Source of the DNA: an uncultured Rhodoferax sp.
GTDB lineage: Bacteria; Pseudomonadota; Gammaproteobacteria; Burkholderiales; Burkholderiaceae_C
DNA: 64,000 nucleotides
NCBI GenBank assembly: GCA_963513355.1
Contig: CAUPQG010000012.1
Span: forward strand, 46,624-110,623
Direction: 5' to 3'
Shown: positions 20,289 through 31,207 of the stretch, in pieces
Layout: each line of letters opens with the position of its first letter
How positions within the stretch are numbered: position 1 is the first letter of the stretch
Notes under the pieces: generated by a model
The model's input: only the letters and a program-made list of their open reading frames with translations
Told to the model about the DNA's origin: nothing
The model's database searches: none
Program-made: the position numbers and the translations under genes

Positions 20289-20837
20289 ATGATGGGCAAT
20301 ATTTCCCAAATTGAAATCTGGCTGGCTGAAGAAAAAGAAATCGCGGAACGTATGAACGCGGGAGCGGGTCCCGGCGTCGCGCGCCCAGACCAGGTGGCTG
20401 GCCTGACCGGCCTGCAAATGATGGAGGCCATGCTGCGCGGCGATATCCCCTACGCGTCAATTGCCAAGACACTGGACTTCACCATCATGGAGGTCGCGTC
20501 AGGCCATGCCGTGTTTCAGGGCACACCTGGTCCGACACACCTCAACCCCATGGGCGGCATCCACGGTGGCTGGTACGCAACGCTGCTGGACTCCGCGCTG
20601 GGCTGCGCCATCCACACCATGATGCCGGTGGGCCGCGGCTACACCACGGCTGAGCTGGGCGTGAACCTGGTCAAGGCCATCAACCCGGCAAAAACACCGC
20701 GTGTTCGCGCCATTGGCAAGGTGCTCCATTGCGGCCGACAGTTGGCCACTGCTGAAGCCCGGATCGAGGGGCCGGACGGCACGCTGTATGCCCATGCCAC
20801 CACCACTTGCCTGGTGTTTGAACTGAAAACACCTTGA
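20289..20837 (+). CDS. PaaI-family (hotdog-fold) thioesterase
   Basis: [22 protein letters not shown]...[10 protein letters not shown]...[11 protein letters not shown] pattern. AGGA lies 5 nt upstream of the ATG at 20289. Confidence 0.8.
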   Translation: MMGNISQIEIWLAEEKEIAERMNAGAGPGVARPDQVAGLTGLQMMEAMLRGDIPYASIAKTLDFTIMEVASGHAVFQGTPGPTHLNPMGGIHGGWYATLLDSALGCAIHTMMPVGRGYTTAELGVNLVKAINPAKTPRVRAIGKVLHCGRQLATAEARIEGPDGTLYAHATTTCLVFELKTP

Positions 20838-20874
20838 AACACGCGGGGCGGATGGCTGGGGCACAATCGCTGGC

Positions 20875-21273
20875 ATGCAACTCCTCCACACCATGCTGCG
20901 CGTCGGCAACCTGCAACGCTCCATCAATTTCTACACCCAAATATTGGGCATGAAACTCAACCGCACGTCGGAGAACCCCGAGTACAAATACTCGCTGGCC
21001 TTCGTGGGCTACGGCACCAACCCCGAACATGCGGAGATCGAACTCACCTACAACTGGGGCGTGGAATCCTATGACATGGGTAGCGCCTTTGGCCACATTG
21101 CGCTGGGTGTCCCCGACGTGTATGCGGCCTGCGAAGCCATCAAGGCTGCGGGCGGCAATGTGACGCGCGAAGCGGGCCCGGTCAAAGGCGGCAGCTCCAT
21201 CATCGCGTTTGTCACCGACCCGGATGGCTACAAGATAGAACTCATCCAACGCCCAGGGTCTTCAAGCAAATGA
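20875..21273 (+). CDS. gloA: Lactoylglutathione lyase (glyoxalase I)
   Basis: [24 protein letters not shown]...[15 protein letters not shown]...ELTYNWG matches the GloA N-terminus and metal ligands. Confidence 0.92.
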   Translation: MQLLHTMLRVGNLQRSINFYTQILGMKLNRTSENPEYKYSLAFVGYGTNPEHAEIELTYNWGVESYDMGSAFGHIALGVPDVYAACEAIKAAGGNVTREAGPVKGGSSIIAFVTDPDGYKIELIQRPGSSSK

Positions 21274-21276
21274 TGG

Positions 21277-21326
21277 CTTGAGCCCCCGTAGGATATTACT
21301 TAACAGCTATAAATAATATAGCAGTC
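21277..21326 (-). repeat. Dispersed intergenic repeat, copy E (reverse orientation)
   Basis: The reverse complement reads TGCTATATTATTTATAGCTG...CCTACGGGGGCTCAAGC. It lies 6 nt after the eda stop codon and is co-directional with eda. Confidence 0.6.
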
Positions 21327-21331
21327 AACTA

Positions 21332-21976
21332 CTACGAGGTGCGCAGGGCCTGCGTGTCGCGGGCCAATTGCGTCACTGCTGCCCAGTTGCCCTGGGCAAC
21401 GGCATCTGCCGGCACCAGCCACGAACCGCCCACACACACCACGTTGGGTAGCGCCAGGAACTCGCGTGCGTTTTGCAAACTAACGCCGCCAGTGGGGCAA
21501 AACTTCACGTCAAAGAAGGGGCCGCTCCAGGCCTTGAGCATGGCCGGACCGCCGGCCTGCATGGCGGGGAAAAACTTGAGCTCGGTAAACCCGTCTTCCT
21601 GCGCGACCATGATTTCACTACCTGTGGCCACGCCAGGCAACAGGGCCAGCCCTGCATCGCGACATGCCTGCCCGACTGCGCTGGTGTAGCCAGGGCTCAC
21701 CGCAAAACGCGCACCAGCGCTTGCTGCGGCCTGGGCATCGGCTTTGGAGCGCACCGTGCCAGCACCCACTACCGCTTCGGGCACTTCCCGTGCAATGGCT
21801 TCAATACAGGCCAGCGCCTGGGGGGTGCGCAGCGTGACTTCCAGCATGCGGATGCCACCGGCCACCAGCGCGCGCGCCATCGGTACGGCATAGGCCACTT
21901 CGTTGAGCACGATGACGGGAATAACAGGCGCGTCCTGCATCACTTGCAGAGCGGTAAAGGATGGAGCAGATGGCAT
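21332..21976 (-). CDS. eda: 2-dehydro-3-deoxy-phosphogluconate (KDPG) aldolase
   Basis: PVIPVIVL...[22 protein letters not shown]...KFFPA...FCPTGG pattern of Eda. It is located directly downstream of edd. Confidence 0.9.
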   Translation of the reverse strand: MPSAPSFTALQVMQDAPVIPVIVLNEVAYAVPMARALVAGGIRMLEVTLRTPQALACIEAIAREVPEAVVGAGTVRSKADAQAAASAGARFAVSPGYTSAVGQACRDAGLALLPGVATGSEIMVAQEDGFTELKFFPAMQAGGPAMLKAWSGPFFDVKFCPTGGVSLQNAREFLALPNVVCVGGSWLVPADAVAQGNWAAVTQLARDTQALRTS

Positions 21977-22025
21977 GGATTCTTCTGAATATTTGTACGA
22001 TGAAAGAAAGAAGGCGCTTGCCGGT

Positions 22026-23903
22026 TTACAACCAGCTGCAGGCGCCCTCTTCCGCCGTCAGTGCGTTGCGGCGCATGCCGGCAAACAGTTCGCGCCCCAT
22101 GCCCAGGCCGTTGGCTGCCTGCAGGCCTTGCGGCATGGTGGCTACCGGGCGGGCATCCCACTCAGCGGCATCGACCAGCACCTCTAGCGTGCCAGCGGTA
22201 GCATCCATCCGGATGCGATCACCATCGCGCACCTTGGCCAGTGGCCCACCTGCAGCCGCTTCAGGCGATACATGGATGGCAGCAGGCACCTTGCCCGAAG
22301 CACCACTCATGCGGCCATCGGTCACCAGGGCCACCTTGTAGCCCTTGCCCTGCAGCACGGCCAGAGGGGGGGTCAGCTTGTGCAGTTCGGGCATGCCATT
22401 GGCCTGCGGGCCTTGCCAACGCACCACACAAATGAGGTCCTGGTTAAGCTCGTCGGCATGAAAGGCTTGGTGCAAATCTTCTTGCGAGTCAAAAACCCTG
22501 CAGGGTGCTTCGACAATGTGGCGATCTTGCGGCACGGCTGACACCTTGATCACGCTACGCCCCAGATTGCCCAGCAGCAGCTTGAGGCCACCGCTCGCGC
22601 TAAATGGGTTGCTGGCCGGGCGAACCACCGTCTCATCCTTGCTGGCACCGGCATCTGTCCATTGCAGCGCACCGTCGGCGCGGGCCGATGGAATGGCAGT
22701 GAATTCGCGCAAACCTCCCGAGCGCACCGTCAGCACGTCGGCATGCAAAAAGCCTGCATCCAGCAGCTCACGGATGACATAACCCGGGCCACCTGCGGCC
22801 TGGAACTGGTTTACATCGGCGCTGCCGTTGGGGTACACGCGGGTCAGCAAGGGCACTACATCTGACAAATCCGAAAAGTCGTTCCAGTCGATCACGAGGC
22901 CCGCTGCACGTGCTACCGCCACCCAATGGATCAGGTGGTTGGTAGACCCCCCTGTAGCCAGCAAGGCGACCATCGCATTGACGATACAGCGTTCATCCAC
23001 CTGTACGCCAATAGGCGGGCACTTCCAATCGGCAGATGGTGCAGCGCCCCCTGTTTGCTTGCCCAAGACAGTGCGTACCGCTTCACGGGTTAACTCGCTG
23101 CGCACATCGGCGCCAGGGTTGATAAACGCGGTGCCGGGCACATGCAGGCCCATGGCTTCCAGCAGCATCTGGTTGCTGTTGGCCGTGCCGTAAAAGGTGC
23201 AGGTGCCCATGCCATGGTATGCGGCAGACTCGGCCTCCAGCAGCTCCGTACGCCCCACCAGGCCCTGCGCCGCCTTCTCGCGCACCTTGGCCTTCTCATT
23301 GTTGGACAGGCCCGACGTCATGGGGCCTGCGGGTACAAACACGGTGGGCAAGTGGCCAAAGTGCAACGCACCAATCAGCAGGCCGGGCACGATCTTGTCG
23401 CACACGCCCAGCATGAGCGCGCCCTCGTACACATCATGGCTCAGCGAAATGGCGGTGGCCATGGCAATGGTGTCGCGGCTGAACAGGCTCAGCTCCATGC
23501 CTGCTGTACCCTGGGTTACACCATCACACATGGCGGGTACACCACCAGCCACCTGTGCCGTGGCACCCAGACGGCGGGCCTCCAGCTTGATCAGGTCGGG
23601 GTAGTGCTGCAGCGGCGCGTGGGCCGACAACATGTCGTTGTAGGCGGTGATGATGCCGATGTTGGGACCTTTTTCAGCGACCACGCGAAACTTGTCGATG
23701 CCGGTTACACGCGCCTTGTCGCCATCGGGCATCGCCGCAAAGGCATGCGCTACATTCGCGCACCCCATGCGCTCGGCACCGGGCTTTCGCAGGCTTGCTG
23801 CTTCTACTTGTGCCAAATAGGCACTTCGGGAGGCGGCGCTGCGCGCGCGGATGCGGTTGGTTACGGCGAGTACGACAGAATGGAGGGGCGTGGTTTTTTG
23901 CAT
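22026..23903 (-). CDS. edd: Phosphogluconate dehydratase
   Basis: 625 aa of the IlvD/Edd family with Edd-specific features (N-terminal [22 protein letters not shown]). Confidence 0.95.
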   Translation of the reverse strand: MQKTTPLHSVVLAVTNRIRARSAASRSAYLAQVEAASLRKPGAERMGCANVAHAFAAMPDGDKARVTGIDKFRVVAEKGPNIGIITAYNDMLSAHAPLQHYPDLIKLEARRLGATAQVAGGVPAMCDGVTQGTAGMELSLFSRDTIAMATAISLSHDVYEGALMLGVCDKIVPGLLIGALHFGHLPTVFVPAGPMTSGLSNNEKAKVREKAAQGLVGRTELLEAESAAYHGMGTCTFYGTANSNQMLLEAMGLHVPGTAFINPGADVRSELTREAVRTVLGKQTGGAAPSADWKCPPIGVQVDERCIVNAMVALLATGGSTNHLIHWVAVARAAGLVIDWNDFSDLSDVVPLLTRVYPNGSADVNQFQAAGGPGYVIRELLDAGFLHADVLTVRSGGLREFTAIPSARADGALQWTDAGASKDETVVRPASNPFSASGGLKLLLGNLGRSVIKVSAVPQDRHIVEAPCRVFDSQEDLHQAFHADELNQDLICVVRWQGPQANGMPELHKLTPPLAVLQGKGYKVALVTDGRMSGASGKVPAAIHVSPEAAAGGPLAKVRDGDRIRMDATAGTLEVLVDAAEWDARPVATMPQGLQAANGLGMGRELFAGMRRNALTAEEGACSWL

Positions 23904-23909
23904 GCGATG

Positions 23910-23972
23910 TTGTAACTGAATTACTCTGCCAATGGTAACTTGGTTACAGGAATTTAGTGAACTTTAAGTTAC
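23910..23972. promoter_or_regulatory. Array of GTAAC/GTTAC inverted-repeat sites upstream of edd (HexR-like operator candidates)
   Basis: Three sites: TTGTAACTGAATTACT (23910-23925), GTAACTTGGTTAC (23935-23947, a perfect 5-bp inverted repeat) and GTGAACTTTAAGTTAC (23957-23972). They are spaced about 23 bp apart, immediately 5' of the edd start at 23903. Confidence 0.4.
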
Positions 23973-24134
23973 CAGCGCGGTACAAGATGCGATACGTAGG
24001 CGCGCAATTCGCGCTGAGCCCGCCCTGACCTGCAACATTTGGTGGCATCTACAACAGGGATGTTTCAATTGACCAAGGGTTTTCACTGATCATCAGGACT
24101 AGTATCAATTCTTCAATTTTTTGAAGGAAACCTG

Positions 24135-24704
24135 ATGTCCATGCAACCACCTTTCTTTGGTAAACGCCCCGAGACTCCGGCCAACAACAACACGACTGCA
24201 AGCAACCGCCCCGGCGGCCTTTCCGGCTCCAGCGGCAACAGTGCAGCCACCCAGACAACCCCCGTAGCAGCCCCCGCCGCCGTCGCCCCTATTGCCGCAG
24301 CCACTGCGGTATCCGGCGCTCCTACCAAGGAAGGCGGTAGCAAACTCACCGTGGGCCCCAACATCAAACTCAAAGGCGTGGAGATCACCGACTGCGACAC
24401 ATTGGTCGTCGAAGGCACGGTGGAGGCGACGATGGATTCGCGTGTCATGCACATCACCGAGATCGGAGCCTTCAAGGGCTCGGCCGACATCGACTTTGCC
24501 GAGATCCACGGCGAGTTCAACGGCGACCTGACCGTACGCCAGAAGCTGGTGATTTATGCCACCGGGCGTGTGACCGGCAAGATTCGTTACGGCAAGGTGG
24601 TGATCCAGGAAGGTGGCCAGCTGATGGGCGACATCCAGTTTGGTGCCGCCGTAGATAACAAGATCCTGGGCACGCCCAAAGCCGGCATGATGGCTGTGGC
24701 GTAG
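24135..24704 (+). CDS. Bactofilin-family polymer-forming cytoskeletal protein
   Basis: A Pro/Ala-rich N-terminus followed by beta-helical bactofilin repeats (KLKGVEITDCDTLVVEGTVEA...GDLTVRQKLVIYATGRVTGKIRYGKVVIQEGGQLMGDI). GAAGGA lies 6 nt upstream. Confidence 0.85.
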   Translation: MSMQPPFFGKRPETPANNNTTASNRPGGLSGSSGNSAATQTTPVAAPAAVAPIAAATAVSGAPTKEGGSKLTVGPNIKLKGVEITDCDTLVVEGTVEATMDSRVMHITEIGAFKGSADIDFAEIHGEFNGDLTVRQKLVIYATGRVTGKIRYGKVVIQEGGQLMGDIQFGAAVDNKILGTPKAGMMAVA

Positions 24705-24737
24705 TAGGTGAATCTGGGGCGCTTCTATACTGCGCCC

Positions 24738-25376
24738 ATGACCTCTATTGCCGATCTTCGCAAAAGCTACGAACGTGCCGAACTCGATGAGTCGGCCTCC
24801 CACGCAGACCCCCTGCAGCAATTCGACCAATGGCTCAAGGAAGCCATTGCATCCGAAGTGCCTGAACCCAATGCCATGACACTGGCCACGGTGGCCAGCA
24901 ACCTGCGCCCTTCCACCCGCATCGTGCTCATCAAGGGCTACGACGCGCAAGGCATCACCTGGTTCACCAACTACGACAGCCGCAAGGGCCAGGAGCTGGC
25001 GGGCAACCCGTTTGCCGCCTTGCAGTTCCACTGGGTGGAGCTGGAGCGTGTGGTGCGTATTGAAGGCATTGTGGAAAAGGTCAGCGCCGAAGAAAGCGAT
25101 GCGTACTTCAAAACCCGGCCGCTGGATTCGCGCATTGGTGCCTGGGCCTCACCGCAAAGCGAAGTCATCTCGGGGCGTGGTGTGCTGGTGGCGAATGCGG
25201 CCAAATACGCCGCGCAGTTTTTGCTGCAACCGCCACGCCCAACCCACTGGGGCGGCTACCGGCTCAAGCCGGACAATTGGCAGTTTTGGCAGGGGCGCAA
25301 AAGCCGGCTGCATGACCGGTTGCGTTACACGCTTGCCGCACAGGGCGAGTGGGTTCGTGAACGCCTCGCTCCGTAG
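24738..25376 (+). CDS. pdxH: Pyridoxamine 5'-phosphate oxidase
   Basis: [12 protein letters not shown]......[10 protein letters not shown]...[21 protein letters not shown]...RIEG...YF..RP...IGAW.S.QS...WGGYRL.P...EFWQGR.SRLHDR, a typical PdxH pattern. Confidence 0.92.
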   Translation: MTSIADLRKSYERAELDESASHADPLQQFDQWLKEAIASEVPEPNAMTLATVASNLRPSTRIVLIKGYDAQGITWFTNYDSRKGQELAGNPFAALQFHWVELERVVRIEGIVEKVSAEESDAYFKTRPLDSRIGAWASPQSEVISGRGVLVANAAKYAAQFLLQPPRPTHWGGYRLKPDNWQFWQGRKSRLHDRLRYTLAAQGEWVRERLAP

Positions 25377-25384
25377 AAGCGGGC

Positions 25385-25942
25385 TTACTTCACTACCGTG
25401 GCGTCATTGATGCGGTAGTACAGCCCATACGGGTCATCCTTCAGCACCGAAAACTGCCCCTCCACCACCACCGGTTCCAGCGAGTATTTGATCGGTGTCT
25501 TGGTCTTCACCTCGACCATGCTCTCGGGCCCGCCCGGCACGCAGAAGGAACAGGTCAGCGGCACGGAGCTGAGCAAGAAGTGCTTTTGCTTCTCGCCAGG
25601 CTCCAGCGGCATCATGAAGCCCTGTATGCGTTGACTCTTCTGGTTGAGCGCCAGCACCGGAGCCGGGAACACCGGCAGCATGCGGTTCTTTTCCACACGG
25701 GTTTTGACATCGGTCAGCACCGACCAGGCCAAAACGTCGGCACGCTCCTGCAAAGGCGCAAAAGGGCTGTTGGGGCTATGTACACCAGCGCCAGTGCCCG
25801 CAGGAATGGCTGAGGAGGCGGGTGCTGCTGCGGGTTGCGCCGCAGCTTGCAGCGGCAACAGTCCACTGATCGATATTGATATAGCTACAAAAATAGTAGC
25901 AACATACCGAGACTTTACGGGGGCTAGGGGCCAATTTTTCAT
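25385..25942 (-). CDS. DUF3299-like periplasmic protein
   Basis: The C-terminal pattern GFMMPLEPGEKQKHFLLSSVPLTCSFCVPGGPESMVEV resembles the DUF3299 family (from memory). The start was set at the ATG at 25942, which gives a signal-peptide-like N-terminus encoded by repeat copy D. Confidence 0.65.
   Translation of the reverse strand: MKNWPLAPVKSRYVATIFVAISISISGLLPLQAAAQPAAAPASSAIPAGTGAGVHSPNSPFAPLQERADVLAWSVLTDVKTRVEKNRMLPVFPAPVLALNQKSQRIQGFMMPLEPGEKQKHFLLSSVPLTCSFCVPGGPESMVEVKTKTPIKYSLEPVVVEGQFSVLKDDPYGLYYRINDATVVK
25872..25940 (+). repeat. Dispersed intergenic repeat, copy D
   Basis: ATAGCTACAAAAATAGTAGC hairpin plus TTACGGGGGCTAGGGGC. It overlaps the predicted 5' end of the minus-strand DUF3299-like ORF. 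Confidence 0.6.
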
Positions 25943-26173
25943 AAACAACTCTTGAAAAAGCATGCCTGTAAGAGCTAGCGGGGTTGCAGAAGTTCCAGTA
26001 CGTTGACGCGGTGGGCGCCCCCTGCGTGCAGCTGCGCAAGCCCCAAGGATACCTCCTGCGCTACAAGTGGCGGTTCCTGGCGGGCTGGGATTGGGCGCCA
26101 TCGTACCTGTCAGCACCCGGAACCTTGGGCTGTCCCCGGTAAAATCGCGGGCTCTGACCCAAATGACCCCACC

Positions 26174-29100
26174 ATGACCGACACCGCATCCACACCCATC
26201 GCACAACCCGGCCTGCAGTCCCTATCCAAATCTTTCGAGCCCGTAGCGCTGGAAGCCCATTGGGGACCCGAGTGGGAGAAGCGTGGTTACGGCGTGGCCG
26301 GCTACCGCGGCACCCAAGCCCCCAAAGAGGGCCAGCCCGCCTTTGCGATCCAGTTGCCGCCTCCCAATGTGACCGGCACGCTGCACATGGGCCATGCGTT
26401 CAACCAGACCATCATGGACAGCCTGACGCGCTACCACCGCATGCTGGGTGCCAACACGGTCTGGGTGCCCGGCACCGACCATGCCGGCATCGCCACACAA
26501 ATCGTGGTGGAACGCCAGCTGCAGGACCAGAAGCTCAGCCGCCACGACCTGGGCCGCGAAGCCTTCGTTAAGAAGGTGTGGGAATGGAAAGAGAAATCGG
26601 GCAACACCATCACCAACCAGATGCGCCGCATGGGCGACACCGTGGACTGGAGCCGCGAATACTTCACGATGGACCCCAAGCTGTCCAAGACCGTGACCGA
26701 GACCTTTGTGCAGTTGTACGAACAGGGCCTTATCTACCGCGGCAAACGACTGGTCAACTGGGACCCGGTGTTGCAAAGTGCAGTGTCGGACCTGGAGGTG
26801 GAGAACGAAGAGCGCAACAGCTTCATGTGGCACATCGAATACCCATTCAGCGATGGCCCACAAACCGCTGCTGACGGCACGCCACTCAAGGGCATGCACA
26901 TTGCCACGACCCGCCCCGAGACCATGCTGGCCGACGGAGCATTGTGCGTGCACCCCGACGACGAGCGCTACCAACACCTGATCGGCAAGATGGTTGACTT
27001 GCCACTGTGCGACCGCAAGATCCCCATCATTGCGGATGATTTTGTCGACAAGGCATTCGGCAGCGGCTGCGTCAAGATCACTGGCGCGCACGATTTCAAC
27101 GACTACGCCTGCTCCCAGCGCCACGGCCTGCCGCTGATCACCATCTTCACACTGGACGCCAAGATCAACGACAACGGTCCGGCAGCCTACCGCGGCCTGG
27201 ACCGCTACGACTGCCGCAAGGCCGTGTTGAAAGACCTCGAAGAACAGGGCTTCCTCGAAAAGGCCGTGCCACACAAGAACATGGTGCCCGTCTGCGCCCG
27301 TACCGGACAAGTGGTCGAGCCCATGCTGACCGACCAGTGGTTTGTTGCGGTGAACAAAGTGGGCGCTGGCGACGCCACCGGCAAATCCATCGCGCAAAAG
27401 GCCATCGACGCGGTGCACAGCGGCCAGGTGCAGTTTGTGCCCGAGAACTGGATCAACACCTACAACCAGTGGATGAACAACATCCAGGACTGGTGTATCA
27501 GCCGCCAACTGTGGTGGGGTCACCAGATTCCGGCCTGGTACGACCAAGAAGGCACCGTTTGGGTGGCGCGCGATGAAACCGAAGCCAAGCAAAACTGGAT
27601 GCGCGAAACAGAGAACAAGCTTCTCTCCGCGCGTAACCTCAACCAAACATCCGATATCGCGCGTCTACAAAATTTGCTGGCGGTAGGCCCGCAATTGCGC
27701 CGCGACGAAGACGTGCTGGACACCTGGTATTCCTCCGCGCTGGTGCCCTTCAGCACCATGAACTGGCCACAGCAAAGCGAATCTGCAACCGATGACTACA
27801 ACCTGTACCTGCCCTCCAGCGTCTTGGTAACAGGCTACGACATCATCTTCTTCTGGGTCGCCCGCATGATCATGATGACGACCCACTTCACCGGACGCGT
27901 GCCGTTCAAGCACGTCTACATCCACGGGCTGGTCAAAGATGCCCAGGGCAAGAAGATGAGCAAGTCCGAGGGCAATGTACTCGACCCGGTCGACCTGATC
28001 GACGGCATCGAACTCGGCCCCCTGCTGGCCAAACGTTCCGAAGGCCTGCGCAAGCCCGAGACCGCACCCCAGGTCCGCAAAAACACCGAAAAGGAATTCC
28101 CCGAAGGCATTCCCGCTTATGGCGCGGATGCACTGCGCTTCACGTTTGCTGCGCTGGCGTCTCTGGGACGATCGATCAACTTCGACAGCAAACGCTGCGA
28201 GGGTTACCGCAACTTCTGCAACAAGCTGTGGAACGCCACCCGCTTTGTGCTGATGAACTGTGAAGGCCAGGACTGCGGCCTGAAAGAGCACACCAAAGAA
28301 GAGTGCGCAGTGGGCGGAGCAGCACACGGCTACCTGGACTTCAGCCCCGCAGACCGCTGGATCGTCTCCATGCTGCAAAAGGCCGAAGCCAACGTCGCCC
28401 AGGGCTTTGCCGACTACCGCCTGGACAACGTCGCCAACACGATCTATGACTTTGCCTGGAACGAGTTCTGCGACTGGTACCTAGAAATCGCCAAGGTGCA
28501 GATCCAGACCGGCACCCCGGCACAGCAGCGTGCCACCCGCCGAACGCTGATCCGCACGCTGGAAGTGCTGCTGCGCCTGATCCACCCCATCACACCCTTC
28601 ATCTCGGAAGAGCTGTGGCAAAAAGTTGCCCCAGTTGCAGGCCGCGAAGGCCCGTCAGTCGCCATTGCCGCCTACCCCATCAGCCAGCCCGAGCGCATCG
28701 ATGAAGTCGCAATTGCCCATGTCGCCAAGCTCAAGCAGTTGGTGGATGCGTGCCGCAATCTGCGCGGCGAGATGAATGTGTCTCCATCGACCCGCCTGCC
28801 GCTGTTTGTCGTGGCGCAAAGTGCAGACGAAGCGGCCTTTCTAAAGGCTTCGGCACCCGTGCTGCAAGCATTGGCCAAGCTCAACGAAGTGCGTCTGTTC
28901 GACGACGAGGCCGCATGGCAAGCCGCAGCCCAGGCAGCACCCGTGGCCGTAGTCGGCGAGGCCCGAATCTGTCTGTACATGGAGGTAGACAAGGCTGCAG
29001 AGAAGCTGCGCCTAGGCAAGGAGGCAACCCGCATTGAGGGCGAAATCACCAAGGCGCATACCAAGTTGTCCAACGAAGCCTTTGTAGCCAAGGCCCCACC

Positions 29101-29188
29101 AGCAGTGATAGCCGAGTTGCGCAAGCGCCTAGCTGACTTTGAAGACACGCTAGCCAAACTGCGCGAGCAACTGACGCGCTTAGGCTGA
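26174..29188 (+). CDS. valS: Valine--tRNA ligase
   Basis: HIGH motif ([14 protein letters not shown]), KMSKS ([10 protein letters not shown]), the editing domain and the C-terminal coiled coil. The start was set at the ATG at 26174 (MTDTAST...). Confidence 0.97.
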   Translation: MTDTASTPIAQPGLQSLSKSFEPVALEAHWGPEWEKRGYGVAGYRGTQAPKEGQPAFAIQLPPPNVTGTLHMGHAFNQTIMDSLTRYHRMLGANTVWVPGTDHAGIATQIVVERQLQDQKLSRHDLGREAFVKKVWEWKEKSGNTITNQMRRMGDTVDWSREYFTMDPKLSKTVTETFVQLYEQGLIYRGKRLVNWDPVLQSAVSDLEVENEERNSFMWHIEYPFSDGPQTAADGTPLKGMHIATTRPETMLADGALCVHPDDERYQHLIGKMVDLPLCDRKIPIIADDFVDKAFGSGCVKITGAHDFNDYACSQRHGLPLITIFTLDAKINDNGPAAYRGLDRYDCRKAVLKDLEEQGFLEKAVPHKNMVPVCARTGQVVEPMLTDQWFVAVNKVGAGDATGKSIAQKAIDAVHSGQVQFVPENWINTYNQWMNNIQDWCISRQLWWGHQIPAWYDQEGTVWVARDETEAKQNWMRETENKLLSARNLNQTSDIARLQNLLAVGPQLRRDEDVLDTWYSSALVPFSTMNWPQQSESATDDYNLYLPSSVLVTGYDIIFFWVARMIMMTTHFTGRVPFKHVYIHGLVKDAQGKKMSKSEGNVLDPVDLIDGIELGPLLAKRSEGLRKPETAPQVRKNTEKEFPEGIPAYGADALRFTFAALASLGRSINFDSKRCEGYRNFCNKLWNATRFVLMNCEGQDCGLKEHTKEECAVGGAAHGYLDFSPADRWIVSMLQKAEANVAQGFADYRLDNVANTIYDFAWNEFCDWYLEIAKVQIQTGTPAQQRATRRTLIRTLEVLLRLIHPITPFISEELWQKVAPVAGREGPSVAIAAYPISQPERIDEVAIAHVAKLKQLVDACRNLRGEMNVSPSTRLPLFVVAQSADEAAFLKASAPVLQALAKLNEVRLFDDEAAWQAAAQAAPVAVVGEARICLYMEVDKAAEKLRLGKEATRIEGEITKAHTKLSNEAFVAKAPPAVIAELRKRLADFEDTLAKLREQLTRLG

Positions 29189-29217
29189 TGCAAGGCGCCC
29201 CACTACTGCAACACCGA

Positions 29218-29319
29218 GCAGCAGAGCTGGGGTGAGCACCAGAGCGAGGTAAAGGAGGAGCAGAGGGCATCGCCCTCTGCGGGGGACACGAGCGGCGGTG
29301 CTGACCCCAGCTCTGCTGC
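29218..29319. other. Large nested hairpin in the valS / tusA-like convergent intergenic region
   Basis: The outer arms are 29218-29240 and 29297-29319 (23 positions with one mismatch). They enclose an inner perfect 9-bp hairpin GCAGAGGGC-ATC-GCCCTCTGC (29260-29280). Confidence 0.6.
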
Positions 29320-29337
29320 GGGCAAGTGCACAAAAAA

Positions 29338-29565
29338 TTAACGCCGACGCAACACGTGCACAAACTCGTTGTTGATGGTCTCCTGACCTACCAGCTCGTT
29401 CCCCGTCTGCCGGGCAAATGCCTGGAAGTCGCGGATAGACCCTTGGTCGGTGGACACCACTTTCAATGTCTGCCCCGTGGACATGTCAGCCAAGGCCTTT
29501 TTGGCTTTCAAAATGGGCAGAGGACAGTTCAGGCCGCGGGTATCGATTTCTTTATCGGCTTGCAT
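29338..29565 (-). CDS. TusA/SirA-family sulfurtransferase
   Basis: 75 aa with DTRGLNCPLPILKAKKAL, the conserved CPxP active-site motif. Confidence 0.85.
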   Translation of the reverse strand: MQADKEIDTRGLNCPLPILKAKKALADMSTGQTLKVVSTDQGSIRDFQAFARQTGNELVGQETINNEFVHVLRRR

Positions 29566-29573
29566 GGTGTAGT

Positions 29574-30107
29574 TCAGTCTCGCTTGGGGAATTCAATAAA
29601 ACTTGGCGTGTGACCTTGTGCCGTCAGCCAATCTGCCAGAGCATAGCCCGTTCCGGCTGGCCAGCACTTGACATCCTGTGGCGCATACAACCGGTAGTCC
29701 ACCAGCTCGGGCGACAGGCGCACCTCGCCACGGCACACTGCATGGTAGGCAATGATGATCTGATTCATGCGCTGAAAATCGTAGACGCCAATAAGGTCCA
29801 ACGAATCGGTCGTCAGATTCGTCTCTTCAGCAATCTCACGGGCAATGCCCTCCTTGGGTGTCTCGCCCGCCTCCATAAACCCGGTGATCAGCGCATACAT
29901 CTTGCCCGGCCAAGCCGCATTGCGGGCCAGCAAGATTTGGCCGTTGTATTCAATGACCGCAGCCAACACCGGCACCGGATTGTTCCAGTGCGTGTAGTCA
30001 CATGCTGGACAACGCAGCCGCGTCTTGTCGCCACCATCTTCCGCCCTCGCAATGAATGCCAACTCCGTGGCGCACTGGGGACAGTATTTGAAAGCCTGCG
30101 CCGTCAT
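29574..30107 (-). CDS. NUDIX hydrolase with N-terminal zinc ribbon
   Basis: CPQC...CPAC zinc ribbon and Nudix box GFMEAGETPKEGIAREIAEETNL. Confidence 0.85.
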   Translation of the reverse strand: MTAQAFKYCPQCATELAFIARAEDGGDKTRLRCPACDYTHWNNPVPVLAAVIEYNGQILLARNAAWPGKMYALITGFMEAGETPKEGIAREIAEETNLTTDSLDLIGVYDFQRMNQIIIAYHAVCRGEVRLSPELVDYRLYAPQDVKCWPAGTGYALADWLTAQGHTPSFIEFPKRD

Positions 30108-31006
30108 GCAGGAAATACTCCAGTCGACAGGTAACGGTCACCGCGGTCGCAAACGATGAAAACAACCGTCGCATCTTGCTCACGCCTGGCAATCTCTTGC
30201 GCCACCCAGCAGGCACCGGCGGCTGAAATGCCAGCAAAAATGCCCTCTTCGCGTGCCAGCCGACGGCACATGTCTTCGGCATCCGATTGGCTCACGTACA
30301 CCAGCTCATCCACATTCGCGGGGTCATAAATCTTGGGTAAATACTCTTGCGGCCATTTGCGAATGCCAGGAATCCGAGAGCCTTCTGACGGCTGGGCACC
30401 CACGATGCGAATGGCCGGATTCTTCTCTTTCAAGAAACGCGACACACCTGTGATCGTGCCGGTGGTTCCCATGGCGCTGACAAAGTGCGTGATCCGCCCC
30501 TTGGTCTGCTCCCATATCTCTGGACCTGTGGTTTCGTAGTGGATGCGAGGGTTGTCCGCATTGGCAAACTGGTCCAGCACAGTGCCCTTGCCATCACGCG
30601 TCATCTGCTCGGCCAGATCCCGCGCGTACTCCATGCCACCACTCTTGGGCGTGAGAATAAGCTCGGCACCAAAAGCCTTCATGGTCTGCACACGCTCGAT
30701 GGAGAGATCCTCGGGCATGATCAGCAGCATGCGGTAGCCCTTGATGGCCGCGGCCATGGCCAGCGCAATGCCAGTGTTGCCCGAAGTAGCTTCGATCAGC
30801 GTGTCGCCCGGCTTGATCTCGCCACGCTCCTGCGCACGCTGGATCATGGACAGGGCGGGCCTGTCCTTGACCGAACCCGCTGGGTTGTTGCCCTCGAGCT
30901 TGCCCAAAACCACCGTGTTACGGGCCCTGTTGTCGGTTGCGCCAATACGCTGCAGGGCAACGAGTGGGGTTTTACCGATCGCGTCTTCAATAGTTGGATA
31001 TTCCAT
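30104..31006 (-). CDS. cysM: Cysteine synthase B (O-acetylserine sulfhydrylase)
   Basis: NPAGSVKDRPA (PLP lysine), TSGNTGIALA and GTTGTITG, at about 300 aa, fit the CysM type. Confidence 0.9.
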   Translation of the reverse strand: MEYPTIEDAIGKTPLVALQRIGATDNRARNTVVLGKLEGNNPAGSVKDRPALSMIQRAQERGEIKPGDTLIEATSGNTGIALAMAAAIKGYRMLLIMPEDLSIERVQTMKAFGAELILTPKSGGMEYARDLAEQMTRDGKGTVLDQFANADNPRIHYETTGPEIWEQTKGRITHFVSAMGTTGTITGVSRFLKEKNPAIRIVGAQPSEGSRIPGIRKWPQEYLPKIYDPANVDELVYVSQSDAEDMCRRLAREEGIFAGISAAGACWVAQEIARREQDATVVFIVCDRGDRYLSTGVFPA

Positions 31007-31048
31007 GCCCGTAAATGTGCCATAATTTGGGTCTTGGTATTTCGCGTC

Positions 31049-31133
31049 GCCCGGGTGGTGGAATTGGTAGACGCAGCGGACTCAAAATCCGCCGCCGCAA
31101 GGCGTGCCGGTTCGATTCCGGCCCCGGGCACCA
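31049..31133 (+). tRNA. tRNA-Leu (anticodon CAA)
   Basis: 85 nt. Acceptor stem GCCCGGG/CCCGGGC, anticodon arm GCGGA-CTCAAAA-TCCGC, a long variable arm, T-loop GGTTCGATTCC and a 3' CCA. Confidence 0.93.
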
Positions 31134-31207
31134 TGGCATGCATGCTGTGGTCATTTAGCAGTTGGGTTTTCCTCCGAGCTGCCGCTGTATTTTGTTAAGC
31201 TACAGCT

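Noticed and set aside
29046-29363. A 105-aa minus-strand ORF spanning the valS 3' end and the intergenic hairpin.
   Set aside because: It overlaps valS antisense, has no RBS or recognisable motif, and is largely generated by the palindromic hairpin arms.
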